Positions 25,999 to 41,595 of a stretch of 64,000 bases of DNA are shown here, in pieces. The notes under the pieces are model-generated. The model searched no databases. It was given only the letters and a program-made list of their open reading frames with translations, and was not told the origin of the DNA. The DNA is from the human T2T-CHM13v2.0 reference genome, Homo sapiens: assembly GCF_009914755.1 (NCBI RefSeq), contig NC_060942.1. One strand, given 5' to 3'. The position numbers were made by a program, and so were the translations under genes. Numbering within the stretch: the stretch's first letter is position 1; the number at the start of each line of letters is the position of its first letter.

Positions 25999-26441
25999 TA
26001 TGTTAGTTTTCTGGGGCTGCTTATAGCAAGTACCACAATTTCAGTGGCTTAAAAAAACACAAATGCATTCTATCACAATTCAGGAGGCCAGAATCGTTTA
26101 ATCAAGGTGTCTGCAGACTTGGAGGCTTCTGGGGGCTCTGAGGGAACCAGTCCCATGCCTCTCTCCTTGCTTCTGCTGCTGCCTGAAACATCAGTGTTCC
26201 TCGGTTTGTAGTTGCATCACTCCAGTCTGTGTTTCCGTCATCACGTGGGCTTCTTCCTTTGTGTGTCTGTGGGTCTTCTCTTCCTATAAGGACACTAATC
26301 AGTGAATATAGGCCCCCAGTTCAACCTAGTATAACCTCATCTTAATTAAATACATCTTCAAACACTCTATTGCAAAATTAGGCCCATTGGGAGGTTCTGT
26401 GCAGACACAGATTTTGGAACGACACTATTCAACCCACCACA
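25999..26441 (-). mobile_element. MLT1C-like MaLR solo LTR, complete
   Basis: TATGTTAGTTTTCTGGGGCTGC...GACACTATTCAACCCACCACA; perfect 5-bp TSD ACTCC at 25994-25998 and 26442-26446. Confidence 0.9.
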
Positions 26442-28124
26442 ACTCCCTACCAAGGAGCTGGTACCAAAGCAGTATTCTGGGAATTTGATACTTTTAGAAG
26501 ATCTTCTTCCTCTCTCTCAGATAATCAAGGGGTTACCTCTCATACATTCAACAGAAATAGAAAAGAATGCTATATATAGTGCCTTATGAAGAGCATCTAA
26601 CAAAATGAATCCCTTAATCGTATAGGAACTATAATAATACATTTAAGAAAATATTTTATTTGTCCATCAGTAATATTAGCGTGCATATGTATAAATATAC
26701 ATATATAAATATATGTTAGATTCTAAACTCTGTGCCAATCATTCATGCTTAGCTCTAAGAAAAGATTAGAGAAAGATGTTTCTTGAAAAATTTCCTCACA
26801 AAAAATTCATCTAACAGTCGTTTGATTTGAGAACACTAGCGATTTCTTCCTGGTCATGGCAGAACATTGAATTATCATTCTTAGAGACAAAGAAATGTGA
26901 ACATGTTAAATCCAACAATATATGCCTCTCTGAAATACCTTCCCTCACAATCACAGAAAAGGTAATACTATAGAATTCCACTTTACTCTTAATTACTCTG
27001 TGTTTGTTTCTAGGGGGAAAATATGTAATTATCTAATTATCAAATTGTTGCATGTGCTTTAAAGCTTTGCCCTTTGAATCTGGAGAACAACAACAACAAC
27101 AACGAAAAAAACAAACCAAATTTTTTCTGTCTGTTTGTAAATAATTCTGAATTAATTTAGTTAATTAACATTAATAAAAATACTATATCTTTTATGCATA
27201 AAGCTGTTCTTTAAGCATTGAGACTTTGGGGGAAACAAATAATTGTGAAGATATATTTACATGGACTATTTCAAATGTTATGAAATTTGAAACTGATTTC
27301 AATAGATATTGAATCCGAGAGCCTACTTTGCTTCTTTTCAGGAATTTTTCTAAGTTTCACCTAAAAGTTTTTTGGAAAATATAAGATTCTTGAAGTAATA
27401 TAGACAAAAGTTACAGCTGGGGAAGAGAGAGGCATTGTTATTCTAACCATTACTGAGAAACCTGCCTGTGTGAAGGCTGTTCCTCAGACTCCCTAGCGGG
27501 GCTCTTCCTAAAAAGATGACAGGTGATGTTTCTGATTGAGTGAATGTAATTGTGACTGAATAAGCATGTTTATTTTGTGCTTGTTAAAGAACACATGATG
27601 TGTGGGTAATATTCAGTTTGCAAAATGTTGACTGTCATTTGCAAAATGTTTTGTTGAACTGAACCACCAAAATTACTTTGAATGTGGAGAAAGGTAAACA
27701 AAACATAAAAAAAACTTTATAATATTCATCCAAATCAAGTTTCTCAGTCAGTCAACTTTAACTGGTTGTTGGTTAAATCCTTAGGAAACTAAATAACTTT
27801 CAAAAATGTTAAAAATCAGTTCTGAATGTGTACTTTTTTTCCTATTTTCTGGAAAAATATAGATAAACCGCATGGAAGCAACTAAGGAAGCCAATATAAA
27901 ACTGGAAAATATCAATACATAAGAAAATACAGGCATATACCACACCTGAAATAGTGATTGTTATATAAAATGATAATTTTGTCTGTGAGTCAGTTTGACA
28001 GCAAGAGACTCTATAAACAGACCGCAGCTAATAGGTCCACAGCACAGAAATAGGATCACAGCATAAACTGAAGATGAGTTTTTGCATGTATCCTACATTT
28101 GCAAAATATCTGTCTGCTTCATTT

Positions 28125-28257
28125 TTGGGAGGCTGAGGTGGGAAGATTGCTTGAGTCCAGGAGTTCAAGGCTGCAGTGAGTCATGATAGTTCCACTGCAC
28201 TCCAGCCTGGTATACAGAGCAAGCCCCTGTCTCCAAGAAAAACAAAACAAAACAAAA
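28125..28257 (+). mobile_element. Alu right-arm fragment (FRAM or 5'-truncated AluJ)
   Basis: GGGAGGCTGAGGTGGGAAGATTGCTTGAGTCCAGGAGTTCAAGGCTGCAGTGAG, (CAAAA)n tail. Confidence 0.9.
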
Positions 28258-29169
28258 GCTATTTAAATATGAAAAATAAATTTAAATAAAAATTAAATGC
28301 ACTATCATCATGACTTTGAAACAAACTCAATCCTTTAAGTTAACTTATTTTTTTTTCTAATTTTTAGAGGAGGAAACAAAACATGGATTAATATCAGTCA
28401 TCTTCACTTGTTTGTCTTCTCTTTATCTTTTATATTAGCCTTGGGCTTTTATCAGAATACTCTGTATGACTGTTTTACTTTTTAGGTAAAGAAGACAATG
28501 CTGAACATCTGCCACAGCATAATTATGTTAGATCTTAAAATATTTGTGACTTTGAATGCATGAGATTTCTATGAATAGCTATTTTTATTTAAATTATTAT
28601 GTTGTAATATTATGGCTTTTAATACAAATTGAGTGCAATGATTTTTCTTCATGTAAAGGAAAACATGAAAACTAATATCATGATTGTACACTCATACAGC
28701 TGAATTTCCAAAATTAATAGTTGGCAGATAAACTTCAAACAATTACAGGATCATTTCAAAAAAACGAATGTTCTGTTGGATCTTCTCTTACACTGTATTG
28801 TCAAGAAAAAGAGCTTTTATGTCTCCAAAGTTATTTTGTTAAAAATAGGACAAATAGAGAAAAATGAGAAAAGTTTCACGTAAAATTTCTTTTCATTTAC
28901 ATGAAAAAAATTCAGATTGGAGAAGAATAAAAGAATGCTTGCCATTACTTTGTGATATCATTGGTAGCCCAGGGATGACTGAAGGAGTCCCAGATGTGTT
29001 CTTCTCTTGCAATGAAATATTTGGAATAGAGTATATGAGAAGATAGAGATAAATAAAATAAGTTAATAGTTTGTTATTTAAGAATTTGATTATTGAAATG
29101 GATGATGCCAATCTTAAATTACTTCTTTTAGAATAATGTACTAATAGGATTTTTAAAGTACTCAGCATT

Positions 29170-31659
<2,490 letters not shown>

Positions 31660-31994
31660 TTAGATTTTCCAGCAGCATTTATAGTTGCTGGTTTCGTATT
31701 TCTTTTGTTTTTATTTTTGAGTTGATAAAACACTACTCTTAAAAAAGATAAGAAGCAAAAAACAAAAGTTCTGACAAAGGCCTTGGCTTCCTCGTTTTTT
31801 CAGTTTTCTTACAGGCATTTGAAAACATTCAAGTTTTCAAAATGTATGTCTTATTTTTATTATTTAATAATGGGTAGAAGGAAATCTTTTTTCAAAATAA
31901 ACGAGAGAGTAAGAAAAAGAAAACTGATATTCAAAAACAATACAACTAACTCAGCAGAATACTGAGAAGATATCCAACTTTCATATTTGAATCC

Positions 31995-32405
31995 TGTTAG
32001 AAAACAATTCTCCACGAGTCTCTCATGTTTATTCACATCTGGTGAAAAGTTTCGTATTCTTGAGTTAGTATTTCCTTCTGGAGCTAAGGACAGACATGCT
32101 CATTGCACATTATAAATGATTCTGGTTGCCAAAGCTCAGGGTTTCTTTCATCTGATGCAACCCATGATGTGTGCAGGTGCCATCTCTTCTTCTTTTCATC
32201 TCCTTGTGGGAATGAAGATGCAGAAAATGGGCACAAATATACTGACATTCTGGCCTCTGCTATTATTGTGAGTAATAACTGTCATTAGTTTCTGCCCTGG
32301 CATCTTATATCTTCTGGAAGCATTGATGAAACTGCGGCAGGCTTATAGGCTTACTTGTGAACTTACTAGTCAGGGAACATTTCAGAACCTAAGCAGTTCT
32401 TGATA
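31995..32405 (+). mobile_element. LTR40-like ERVL solo LTR
   Basis: TGTTAGAAAACAATTCTCCACGAGTCTCTCATGTT start, GCAGTTCTTGATA end. Confidence 0.7.
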
Positions 32406-32415
32406 GGTAGCAGGC

Positions 32416-32790
32416 TGTGTCAGATTGAAATTGATGGACCCCATTCTTCACCTGCAACCTTTGCATGTAAGTTTGCAAAGCCCTCCCATTTGGGACACGG
32501 CAGTAAGCCTTATGCTTTGACTTGGGACTCAGTGGTCACTTTGACTAATGCAATACTAGTAGATATGCCACAGCAAAGTGTGAAATAGGCTTGCACATTG
32601 GGACATTTGCTTTTGTGATTGTTCCATTGTTATGAGAACTGATCCAAGCTATGCAACTGGACAATGAGGGTTTTACAAAATAGACCTGAGTCATTGCTGT
32701 CACCACAGGGAAACCACTCTAGGTTAGCAAAAAGCCAGCCAAATCAGGAAGCTCAGCCAAGGTCAGAAGAGCTGCCTAGTTGGCCCTAGT
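32416..32790 (+). mobile_element. MLT1G/H-like MaLR LTR fragment
   Basis: CACTTTGACTAATGCAATACTAGTAGATATG...GCTCAGCCAAGGTCAGAAGAGCTGCCTAG. Confidence 0.6.
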
Positions 32791-32828
32791 GAGGAGTTTT
32801 AAGAAAATAGCTTTTGCGAGAAAAACAT

Positions 32829-32859
<31 letters not shown>

Positions 32860-33142
32860 TATATAATTTCTATTTCATTTCTATTATTCTTTTTAAAATT
32901 CCCCCTTTGCCGTTTAGGCGGTAGACCATGTTAGTCCTAAGGAAAAATTAATTTTAATTGAAATTAATTACTTAACAAAAAAAGGCTTGTGAGTCCTCAT
33001 TAACTGTAGATATTATGATATATAACCATAAAGTGATTACTTTTTACATATTAGAAAATGCAGACAATATTGAATGTGGTATGTTTGTTTAAATATAAAT
33101 TCATATTTGTGGAAGGATCTAGATTGCTTTTATGATGTAGAT

Positions 33143-33143
33143 G

Positions 33144-33178
<35 letters not shown>
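33143..33178. repeat. (TG)n microsatellite (a (CA)n tract also lies at ~32825-32860)
   Basis: Direct reading. Confidence 0.95.
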
Positions 33179-33509
33179 GACAAAACTTGGGGATTAATTT
33201 TATTCCCATATGAGGCTTGATAATTGAAGTAAATATCTTTGTCTTGGTAAGAGTTTATGCTCCTCAAAGCCATTTAAAATTTAGGACAAATTTCAGAAGA
33301 TTTGTTCCAATTTTAAACTTGATTGGAACTTTGCCCATGATAAGATTACCATACACAGAAACATTGTTTCTTATGTGAAGATATGATTCCCTTTCATCTA
33401 GTAAACATATTTTATGTATATTAATATCTCCATTTCAAAGGATATATCAAATTAAGCAGACTTCATTCTCCTATATAAGTTGTTGTCATCTTCTGTTTCT
33501 TATCCCAAG

Positions 33510-34005
33510 AAACTCACCATCTACCTTATTGATGATATAAACTTTGGTGTCAACGTCAACTCCTACTTTCTAACATATCCTCAATCCCCTTAGTAAATTA
33601 TTTAAATCCTGCCTCAAAATATTTCTCTAATATCTCCTCTTCTATCCATTAACATAGCCACTCACTTATCTCCAAAAAGTATTTCTTATATCCTTAAAAC
33701 CGATTACGCTCTCCTTCTAACACCTGTTCCACCTCCATTCCACCTCCCTGATCGAATGCTCTTTTGCTATAAGAGATAATTTTCATTAAATATTACCCAT
33801 GACTTTCTATCGCTTGCAGAACATCTGTCAGATCCTTGGTAAAACTTTTTTTTAATCTCCAACTTTTCTATTCTACCACATATATAACACATTTTGCATT
33901 GTATCACAGTTATCCCTGCATTTCCCTTTCTCCACATTCCAAATTGTAAGCAACTCATAGTCAAATAGCTCAATAAACATTCAACCTAATAATAAATGAA
34001 TAATT
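33510..34005 (+). mobile_element. L2 3' portion
   Basis: Pyrimidine-rich L2-like body ending CTCAATAAACATTC...ATAAATGAATAA. Confidence 0.55.
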
Positions 34006-35064
34006 AAATATTAATATAAATTTTATCGATGAACACTCTTAAGGTAAAGTACTAATCTCTGTTGACTGTCAGCTATTAAGACAGGTTGATTTTACTATAT
34101 GTATTTTTTAAAATATCATTAAAAATACCCAACGAACAAGTCATAATTTTAAGATTTTAATTCCACAGTAATGTCCCTTTAGTTCTTTGTAATTAAACAT
34201 TCTCATATTTTAAAATAATTATCATAATTTGTTCTGTTTTTAAAAATGACACATTCTGAGCATTATATATTATGAACTAAGGAATTTGCATTGTTTAGCT
34301 ATTTTAAATCTCATGGCAATATTATTCAATGTTTGTTAGCATATCATGAAGCCCATTTTTAAACATAGAAACAAAATTTTTAAATGTGAATGAAAATGCA
34401 TAAGATTGCATAGGTAATAAATAGCAGTTATGGAGTAGGGCCTGTCTGACTCCAAAACCTCAGATCTCTATACTGTTTTGCCTCACAGTGTAAAATAAAT
34501 TTTTTCTGCTTGTCTTTAACTATTCCTTGGCATTTAAAGATATCTGAATAGTGAAATTTTATTTTTACCTCCTTTTCATTGACTATTTACAATACTTTTC
34601 AATTCAAATTCTATCACCTGTTCTGAATAATATTAAATTACCTTAGTCCATTTTGGCTCACTTGAATGTTTTTGTTGACTCAATAACCTTTAATAAACTT
34701 TAATGAAGTTTACCTTTATTAAAACTGTCATTGACTACCAGATTTCGCTATAATTTTCTATAGCTAGGAATCCAAAACATAGATGCAGAGAGCTGTCAGT
34801 ACGGTAGCGTGGCTTTGTGAATGTTCTTTAATCTGAGTACCTTGTAAGCTCCCCCAAGAGGTAGATTTTGAGTGAATTGCTGCATGTAATAAATCAAGTT
34901 ATGTGCAGGCAAAGTGAGGAGATTCAATGAAGTATGATAGATAACTATTCTAATAATTGTAGTTCATTGTCTTATACTACTGTACTTTTTTCCATCTAGA
35001 ATACATATAGTCATTCCTATTTTTCTATTCTTTAAAACAACCCAATTTCTAATATTTGAAGTCA

Positions 35065-35420
35065 GAATTGTAGAGTGATTAAGAGTGTTGATTCTGGAAA
35101 CAAACCACCTCATTTACACTACTTACTAGCTCAATGATCCTAGGTGAGTTATTTTACCTCTATTTCTCTTTGATAAAATAGAGATAAAAACAGAACTTAG
35201 GCTGGACATGATTCCTGCCTGTGATTCCAGCACGTTGGGAGACAGAAACGGGAGGATCACTTGAAGCCAGGAATTTGAAACCAGCCTGGGCAACATAGCA
35301 AGACCGTATCTCTACAAAAACAATATTAAAAAACTTAAGAAAATAGAACCTGCCAATATTTTAGTTGTAGAGATTACATTTATTGATATATGTCTAATAT
35401 TTTGAATATTGCCTGGCACA
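35065..35420 (+). mobile_element. MIR interrupted by an Alu monomer
   Basis: GTGATTAAGAGTGTTGATTCTGGA...CTACTTACTAGCTC; resumes after the Alu to TGCCTGGCACA. Confidence 0.7.
35200..35339 (+). mobile_element. FLAM-C-like Alu monomer
   Basis: GGGAGGATCACTTGAAGCCAGG...CAACATAGCAAGACC; degenerate TSD AAAACAGAACTT/AAAATAGAACCT. Confidence 0.88.
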
Positions 35421-35552
35421 AAAAAAAAAACCTTACATGGACATGTTGCCTCTTATTAGTAGTGATTTGGATCCAGAAAAGACCCTACCTAACAGACATT
35501 AAATATATGTATCAAATTTTGTGTCACGTAAAGTGCTATTAATGAAATAGAC

Positions 35553-36150
35553 TATGGTAGGCAAAATAGTTCCTTGAAGATGTCTACTTCCTAACACTTG
35601 AAACTTATGGAGAGGAACTTTGAAGATGTCGTTAGACTTATGGACTTGAAAATAGAGAGATTATTTTGGATTATCTGGAGGACTCAGTATAATCACATGA
35701 ACCCTTAACAGCAAAGAACAATATCCAACTTGAGTCTGAAAAAGGCAACCGAGAAAGAAAGTTTCGAAGTGTGAAAGGGATTTGACCTGCCCTTGCTAGA
35801 GAGGGTCCTGTGGAAAACAAGAGAAAAAATGAGGACAGCCTCTAGATGGAAAGACCGCCCCTGGTTGATAGCAAAGCAACAGGGATCTCAGTTCTACAAC
35901 TGCAAAAAAATAAAATAAACTAAAATAAACTGAACTCAAGAAACAGCCTGGATGAGCTGAGTACATTATTTCCCAGTTTGTTAGCAAGAAATACTCCTGC
36001 CTGCGCCTTGATTTCAGCCTTGCGAATCCCTTGACAGACGAACCAACTGAACCCATGAGACCTACAGAAACTGTGGCATAATGAAATTATATTGTTTTAA
36101 GCCACTAAATTTGTAGCAATTTGTTATGATAGCAATATAAAACGAATACA
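35553..36150 (+). mobile_element. MLT1D/E-like MaLR solo LTR
   Basis: TATGGTAGGCAAAATAG...GTTTTAAGCCACTAAATTTGTAGCAATTTGTTATGATAGCAATATAAAACGAATACA. Confidence 0.85.
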
Positions 36151-36966
36151 ATACCTAAGAATTCTTTTGGCTTTTAATTAACGGAAAATAATTAAGAAAT
36201 GTTCAGCTTTGAAATCCTATCTGATTCACAGTTGCAAATTTTTCACTTTCATCATTACATTCAGTGAAACTTTAAGGTTCTCTTTTACATTTTAAAATTT
36301 TCATTGTAATTTTATATGCTCATATTTTTACTTCTAAATGTTATTATGTCTACTTCCTTCTCCACCCTCCACCCATCTAGCAGGAGATAAGCTATATTGT
36401 TCATTGGTTTTCATCTGTAAAATCTGCTGCTATTAAAATTCCAGTATTACATGGTTTTTCAAGAGAGAAAGAAAACTTTAGTTTCCTTATCTTTATGTTG
36501 TCACATTTTAAAATGTCACCTGTTAGTGTTTTTCTGTCCTGTGCCACTTTGGGCCATTCTATGAAGCAAGTTTAACTATTTTTGGCTCTTAGTGACCACT
36601 AATATATTCACTCAATAAAGAAAGTTACTACTCCAGTAGTAATTCTGGCCAATACATATTTGTTTCATAATATTATGAGGGCTTTTGGCCATAGGTTCTC
36701 TGTCTATAAAACCAATGTAGGCAATTAAATTTATTCAAAATACAGTGATTTCTTTCAGAGAAAAAAATGTGCATCTTTAATACTAATACTTGAGAAATTC
36801 ATGAACATTTTATTAAATATCATGTTCTAAGAAAAATACATCATTTTTGAAAAACTGATTACTATCTTGTTATTGATAAGATAATGACTAACACAGGAAT
36901 TCAACACTGTTTATGAATAACACTTGATTATACTGGTAGAGTGTAAGAAAAAAATATTTATATATA

Positions 36967-37031
36967 AAATAGCCTGGATGAGCTGGCAGTACATTGTCTC
37001 CCAGTTTTTTGTAAGGAATACACCTGCCTGC
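36967..37031 (+). repeat. Isolated ~65-bp copy of 35941-36004
   Basis: Manual alignment: 7 substitutions and 2 small indels (~85%). Confidence 0.85.
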
Positions 37032-37033
37032 AC

Positions 37034-37137
37034 TTCATATATATATGAATATATAATTTCACATATATGAATATATAAATTCATATATATGAATATATAA
37101 TTTCCAATATATTAATACATAATTTCATATATATATG
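37034..37137. repeat. AT-rich minisatellite, ~22-bp units with palindromic core
   Basis: TTCATATATATATGAATATATAAT-type units, about 4-5 copies. Confidence 0.9.
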
Positions 37138-37272
37138 CCCAGATTTTTATTCATTCCAGATTTCTCAGAGCAGTGGTTTTTGCTTTTTTGTTTTGAAATT
37201 GTAGCTTTAAAGAATGATAATTACTGACAAGTGTTAGAAAATGCACTTCAGCAAATATATTAGTTTTAATTA

Positions 37273-37385
37273 TTTATTCAACATATTTTAGTGGGAACCT
37301 ACCAATGCCATATATGTTTTACTAATTGTGGAGGACATCTTATTGAACAATACAGACAATATCTGTAACTTTATAAAACGTAATG
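37273..37385 (-). mobile_element. L2 3' end fragment
   Basis: TTTATTCAACATATTTTAGTGGGAACCTACCAATGCC...TGAACAATACAGACAA. Confidence 0.55.
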
Positions 37386-38159
37386 TATACATATATCATG
37401 AGCACATTCCAGCTGCTAAATTATAGATTTTAGAGAATTTCTCATGTTGAACAATATCACTTGGAGATTCATTTTATCTGTGAATAGCCTTGAGGAAAGA
37501 CAGTTACTTCATAAATAAAGACCTTCATAGGTTTTACTAAGTCCATTAATTTTTGAGATAACTCAAAATATTTTTGTATTTAAAATATGATCCCCCAAAA
37601 TATTACTCACTTATTATCCAAAGTTATAAAAATAATAAACTACAGTCCATCTTGTGATTAAAAATAATATTGTACCCATTTGAAGGCATAAATATTGCTC
37701 TTGAACTCTCAAACTTTATCATGATACTCACATACTTAGGATAGGAATTTTTGAAGTTAATCTCTGCCAACCACTGACATGTAAAATAACATAAATAACA
37801 GAGATCACATGTAGTGTGTAATTTTAATAGACAATAAATAAATTTATAAACAAATTTTTGAAAATATAACTATGAATACATTAATATGTAAATAATATAA
37901 AATAACGTACTTATATCATAAACACTGAAAATAAGTATTAAAATATAAATTATATTTTTCCTGTAAGGCAAGAAAATACTTGTATTTTATTGGAAAAAAA
38001 CAACAAATAAACAAAGAGGAAAAATAATAGTTATAATCCTAAACCTCTCAAATCGTCACTAATTTAAAATTATATTAATATATTTTATATATTAATTTTA
38101 ATACGTAAATGTACGTATGATTTATATTTATTCATGTAATTTCTTGTTGCTGTTCTTCT

Positions 38160-38457
<298 letters not shown>

Positions 38458-39479
38458 ATTGTTGCTGTTCTTCTGAAAAATCTTTTAAATTTCCATATTT
38501 TAGTAATTGCATTACTGCTTAAAAATAATTTATGCAATTCCTATTGCTGAATGCTTATGATATATGACTTTTATTTTTAACACACTGAGATATTAAAATG
38601 TTATAAACTTTATTCCATAACTAAATTTTTTTTGCATTTTTATTTTTGAGGCATGCTTGCTTGTGATCTTGGTTCAATTTTTTATCAAGGTGGATCTTTT
38701 TCCTTTCTCCTTCAAGAAAGCTTTTTACATATTAAAGACATTAATAAGATTACTATTATTTCTTGTTTGTTCCAGGCAATAGGATGAATTTTAGCGTGAC
38801 CTCTATTGGATCCTGACGCCCCAGGCAGGTTGAAATTCAGGCACTGATATTTACTCGTTACATGTCTTTATGAAAAGGAATGAAGAATGGATCCACTTCA
38901 TATAATTATAGTAAAAAATAAAGAAATAAGGAATAAAAATTAATAAATAAACCTTGACTCAAGGAAACTACCAAATAAATAGTTAACTATTATTATTTTA
39001 GGTTATATAATTATTTTTATTTGTTATTTTCTGCTGCTAATTTTATTATTTTGGAAATGTATATATTTTAAAATTCCCCATGCTAAAATCCACTTCTTCT
39101 TTTTTTAGGCTTAGATGAGATCCTTTAAAGACCTTTTCCCCACCTCTGTTTTATAAATGTCTTTCACTTGTATGCACTAACGAGCTATTTCAAATTTAAG
39201 TAGTGTCTATCTGAAATTTAGTGTAAGGTCATGTTGTGAGACAGGGATAGAGTTTCTTTTTTCCTTCCAAGAATTCTTTGGTTTTTCCCACGTTTTTTGT
39301 TTACCAATTCTTAAACGTGCTATGTTTAATTTGAAGAAAATTATTGTAGGCACAGATGAGTTTATGGATTCTCTACTTCGTGCCATTGTTACCTCTCTCT
39401 CTCATTTCTTCTGAACTTTTATTAATTTAATGTAAACTTCTAGTCAAGTTTTGGGGTTGATTCAGTGATGTACACTCTG

Positions 39480-39781
39480 CTCCCCACTGCTGGGCACTGC
39501 CCCTTCTGATGCTGAGAGCTGCTTTGCCCAAGTTTGCTTTTTCTCAGCTGTGTAAATATAAAAAGCTTGATTATCCACATCCAACTTGGGACAACCCTGA
39601 AGGGTTCTTCAGGTTCCAGCAGACTTCCTTTAAGGTCCTTTGATTTTCTGTGGGGCTATATTGCAACTGCACTTCTCCTTGAGTCCGCTCCCACCTCCTT
39701 TCTCTCCCTTTCACAGATGTGGCTCCCAAAGGCAATGAAATCATCTCAGAGCTGGCTTCTGAAAGGACCCAACTTGCTACA
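39480..39781 (+). mobile_element. LTR16C/A-like ERVL LTR
   Basis: CCAACTTGGGACAACCCTGAAGGG...ATCTCAGAGCTGGCTTCTGAAAGGACCCAACTTGCTACA. Confidence 0.75.
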
Positions 39782-39940
39782 CAGTTAATATTTGATAAGG
39801 CAAGCCTCCATTTTTCCTCCTTCACCTTCCAATGCTATTTGATTAATTTATTGCAGGTTTGTTTTAATTTAATTTTATAACATGGATATAAGAAAGCAAA
39901 AGGGAGAGATGAATGCAGGAACAAAAGGCAGAAGAATGAA

Positions 39941-40043
39941 ATGTGATCCGTGATCTTAGTTTTCATGGACAATGAGGAGGTTCCCAGGATCATGCCTTTT
40001 AGTGCTAAAATCTTAAAGTACTGAGCAAACCAAGAGACAAGCT
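39941..40043. mobile_element. MER81-like hAT-Blackjack MITE, degenerate
   Basis: GAGGAGGTTCCCAGGATCATGCCTTTTAGTGCTAAAATCTTAAAGTACTGAGCAAACC resembles the MER81 core. Confidence 0.55.
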
Positions 40044-40426
40044 ATGGAATGCATTGGCCGCCATTTAATACTGATTCTTTTAGTCACAGAGAATATAATT
40101 TCCATACGTATTCAACTATTTATTCACACAGTTTAATAGTGTATAATGGTTTTTATTCATAATGATTCAATGTAATTATTACATTTATTCCTGAGAACTT
40201 TATATTGTTAATTACAATTTTTTAACCATTTGTATTTTTGACTTGGTATTGCTGATATAGAGGAAAATGATTTTTGGTGGTTGACTGTGTTACTTGATAA
40301 TATACTCTACTTTTTCATTCAGTAGTATCCTTTAAAAACTGAGTGTCTTAGATTGCCCAGGTAGACAGTTATTATCTCTTTTGTAGTCACCATAAAAATA
40401 AAAAAATAGCTACAATTTATTGGTAG

Positions 40427-40825
40427 TGCAAGGGCAAATACAAAATTTTTAAGTTTTAACTCTCTCTGTTGAAACTATGGATAAGACTTTTCTTTCCTCC
40501 TTTTTCTGAAAGCCCTCACTTTAGAAAATTTGTAATTATAAATACTGTCTCCTTCCTTTGAAATGTGTATACATTAATTTAAAAACTAGATAGGCCATTT
40601 ATGAGCTCTATGACACAGAAATGTCTTTCTTAAGGACCTGAGTGCCATCTTTGAAATGTAAATATCAAGGGGTATAGCACCCCTATTTTTCAGTATCTAT
40701 TGGAGTTTATAAACATAACTTCAGTGATGCCTTGATCCAAGTTGCAAAACCACTTCTTGTCATAATGATATGAAAAGTTTTTAGTTTCCTCTGGATAAAG
40801 TCAATTAGCTAACATAGATGGTCAT
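40427..40825 (+). mobile_element. MER67-like ERV1 LTR, 5' part
   Basis: GCAAATACAAAATTTTTAAGTTTTAACTCTCTCTGTTGAAA...CTTTAGAAAATTTGTAATT...CTTTGAAATGT. Confidence 0.65.
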
Positions 40826-41561
40826 ATCTCATAGAATGTCAATAAGTTAAAAGAAAAAATAGCTTGATGAACAAATAACTTTGGTAAATACTGTATAAGA
40901 TAAAGTTAACAAGTCACTATATTGAAAACTGTATGAGTAGTATTTAAAATGATTATCTGAAAAATCAGTCTCCAAAAAGGTATAGTATGTAGGCTCCCCA
41001 AATATTTGACAATGGAAGAAAATATTTTTTCCTACATTTCCTCATTGAAATCATGACACTTAAAACAGGCCATGGGAAATGCTGATTTGCACTGTTTACT
41101 TATTGAGTCATTCCACAAGATGAATTGATTATTTAATTTTTATGTATCATCTGAATAACTGATGTGTCTTAGGAAGTGTCCATTTCTTAAAGCAATATAT
41201 TAAATTTTAATTTATTTCCCTTGATTATATTCCTAATTTTGCATATTGAAAATATGTTAAAGATTTAAGGATTTTAATTATATTTATGTATTTCACTAGC
41301 TTCTGGAGTAAGGTGCTTACTAAAAGTAGAAATAGGAAGGGAATATAAAGGTAATATTTAAGAGCAAAAATTTTCTGTGGACTTCTGTACCGATCTTCCA
41401 TGATTCCATAGCCTTTGGAGCAGTATAATGAAAGTTGTGTCTGAATGACTCGCTTATATCTAAGTTGAAGATTCTATGCGTCAAAATTATCTCTCAAGAA
41501 GAGAATGGTTAAATACAGCAGAAATCTTAAAGACTAAGCTCTTCAAGATAAATATGCAGAA

Positions 41562-41595
41562 AAGGACCTGAGTACCGTCTTTGAAATGTAAACAT
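41562..41595 (+). repeat. 34-bp copy of 40632-40665 flanked by a 15-bp direct repeat
   Basis: 31/34 identical; flanks TAAATATGCAGAAAA (41549-41563) and TAAATATACAGAAAA (41597-41611). Confidence 0.9.

Larger units (their letters stand above)
38520..40380 (-). mobile_element. Very old L1M/L1ME ORF2 fragments with nested elements; boundaries approximate
   Basis: T-rich L1-antisense phrases such as GTTGTGAGACAGGGATAGAGTTTC, TATGGATTCTCTACTTCGTGCCATTG, AGGTAGACAGTTATTATCT. Confidence 0.45.
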
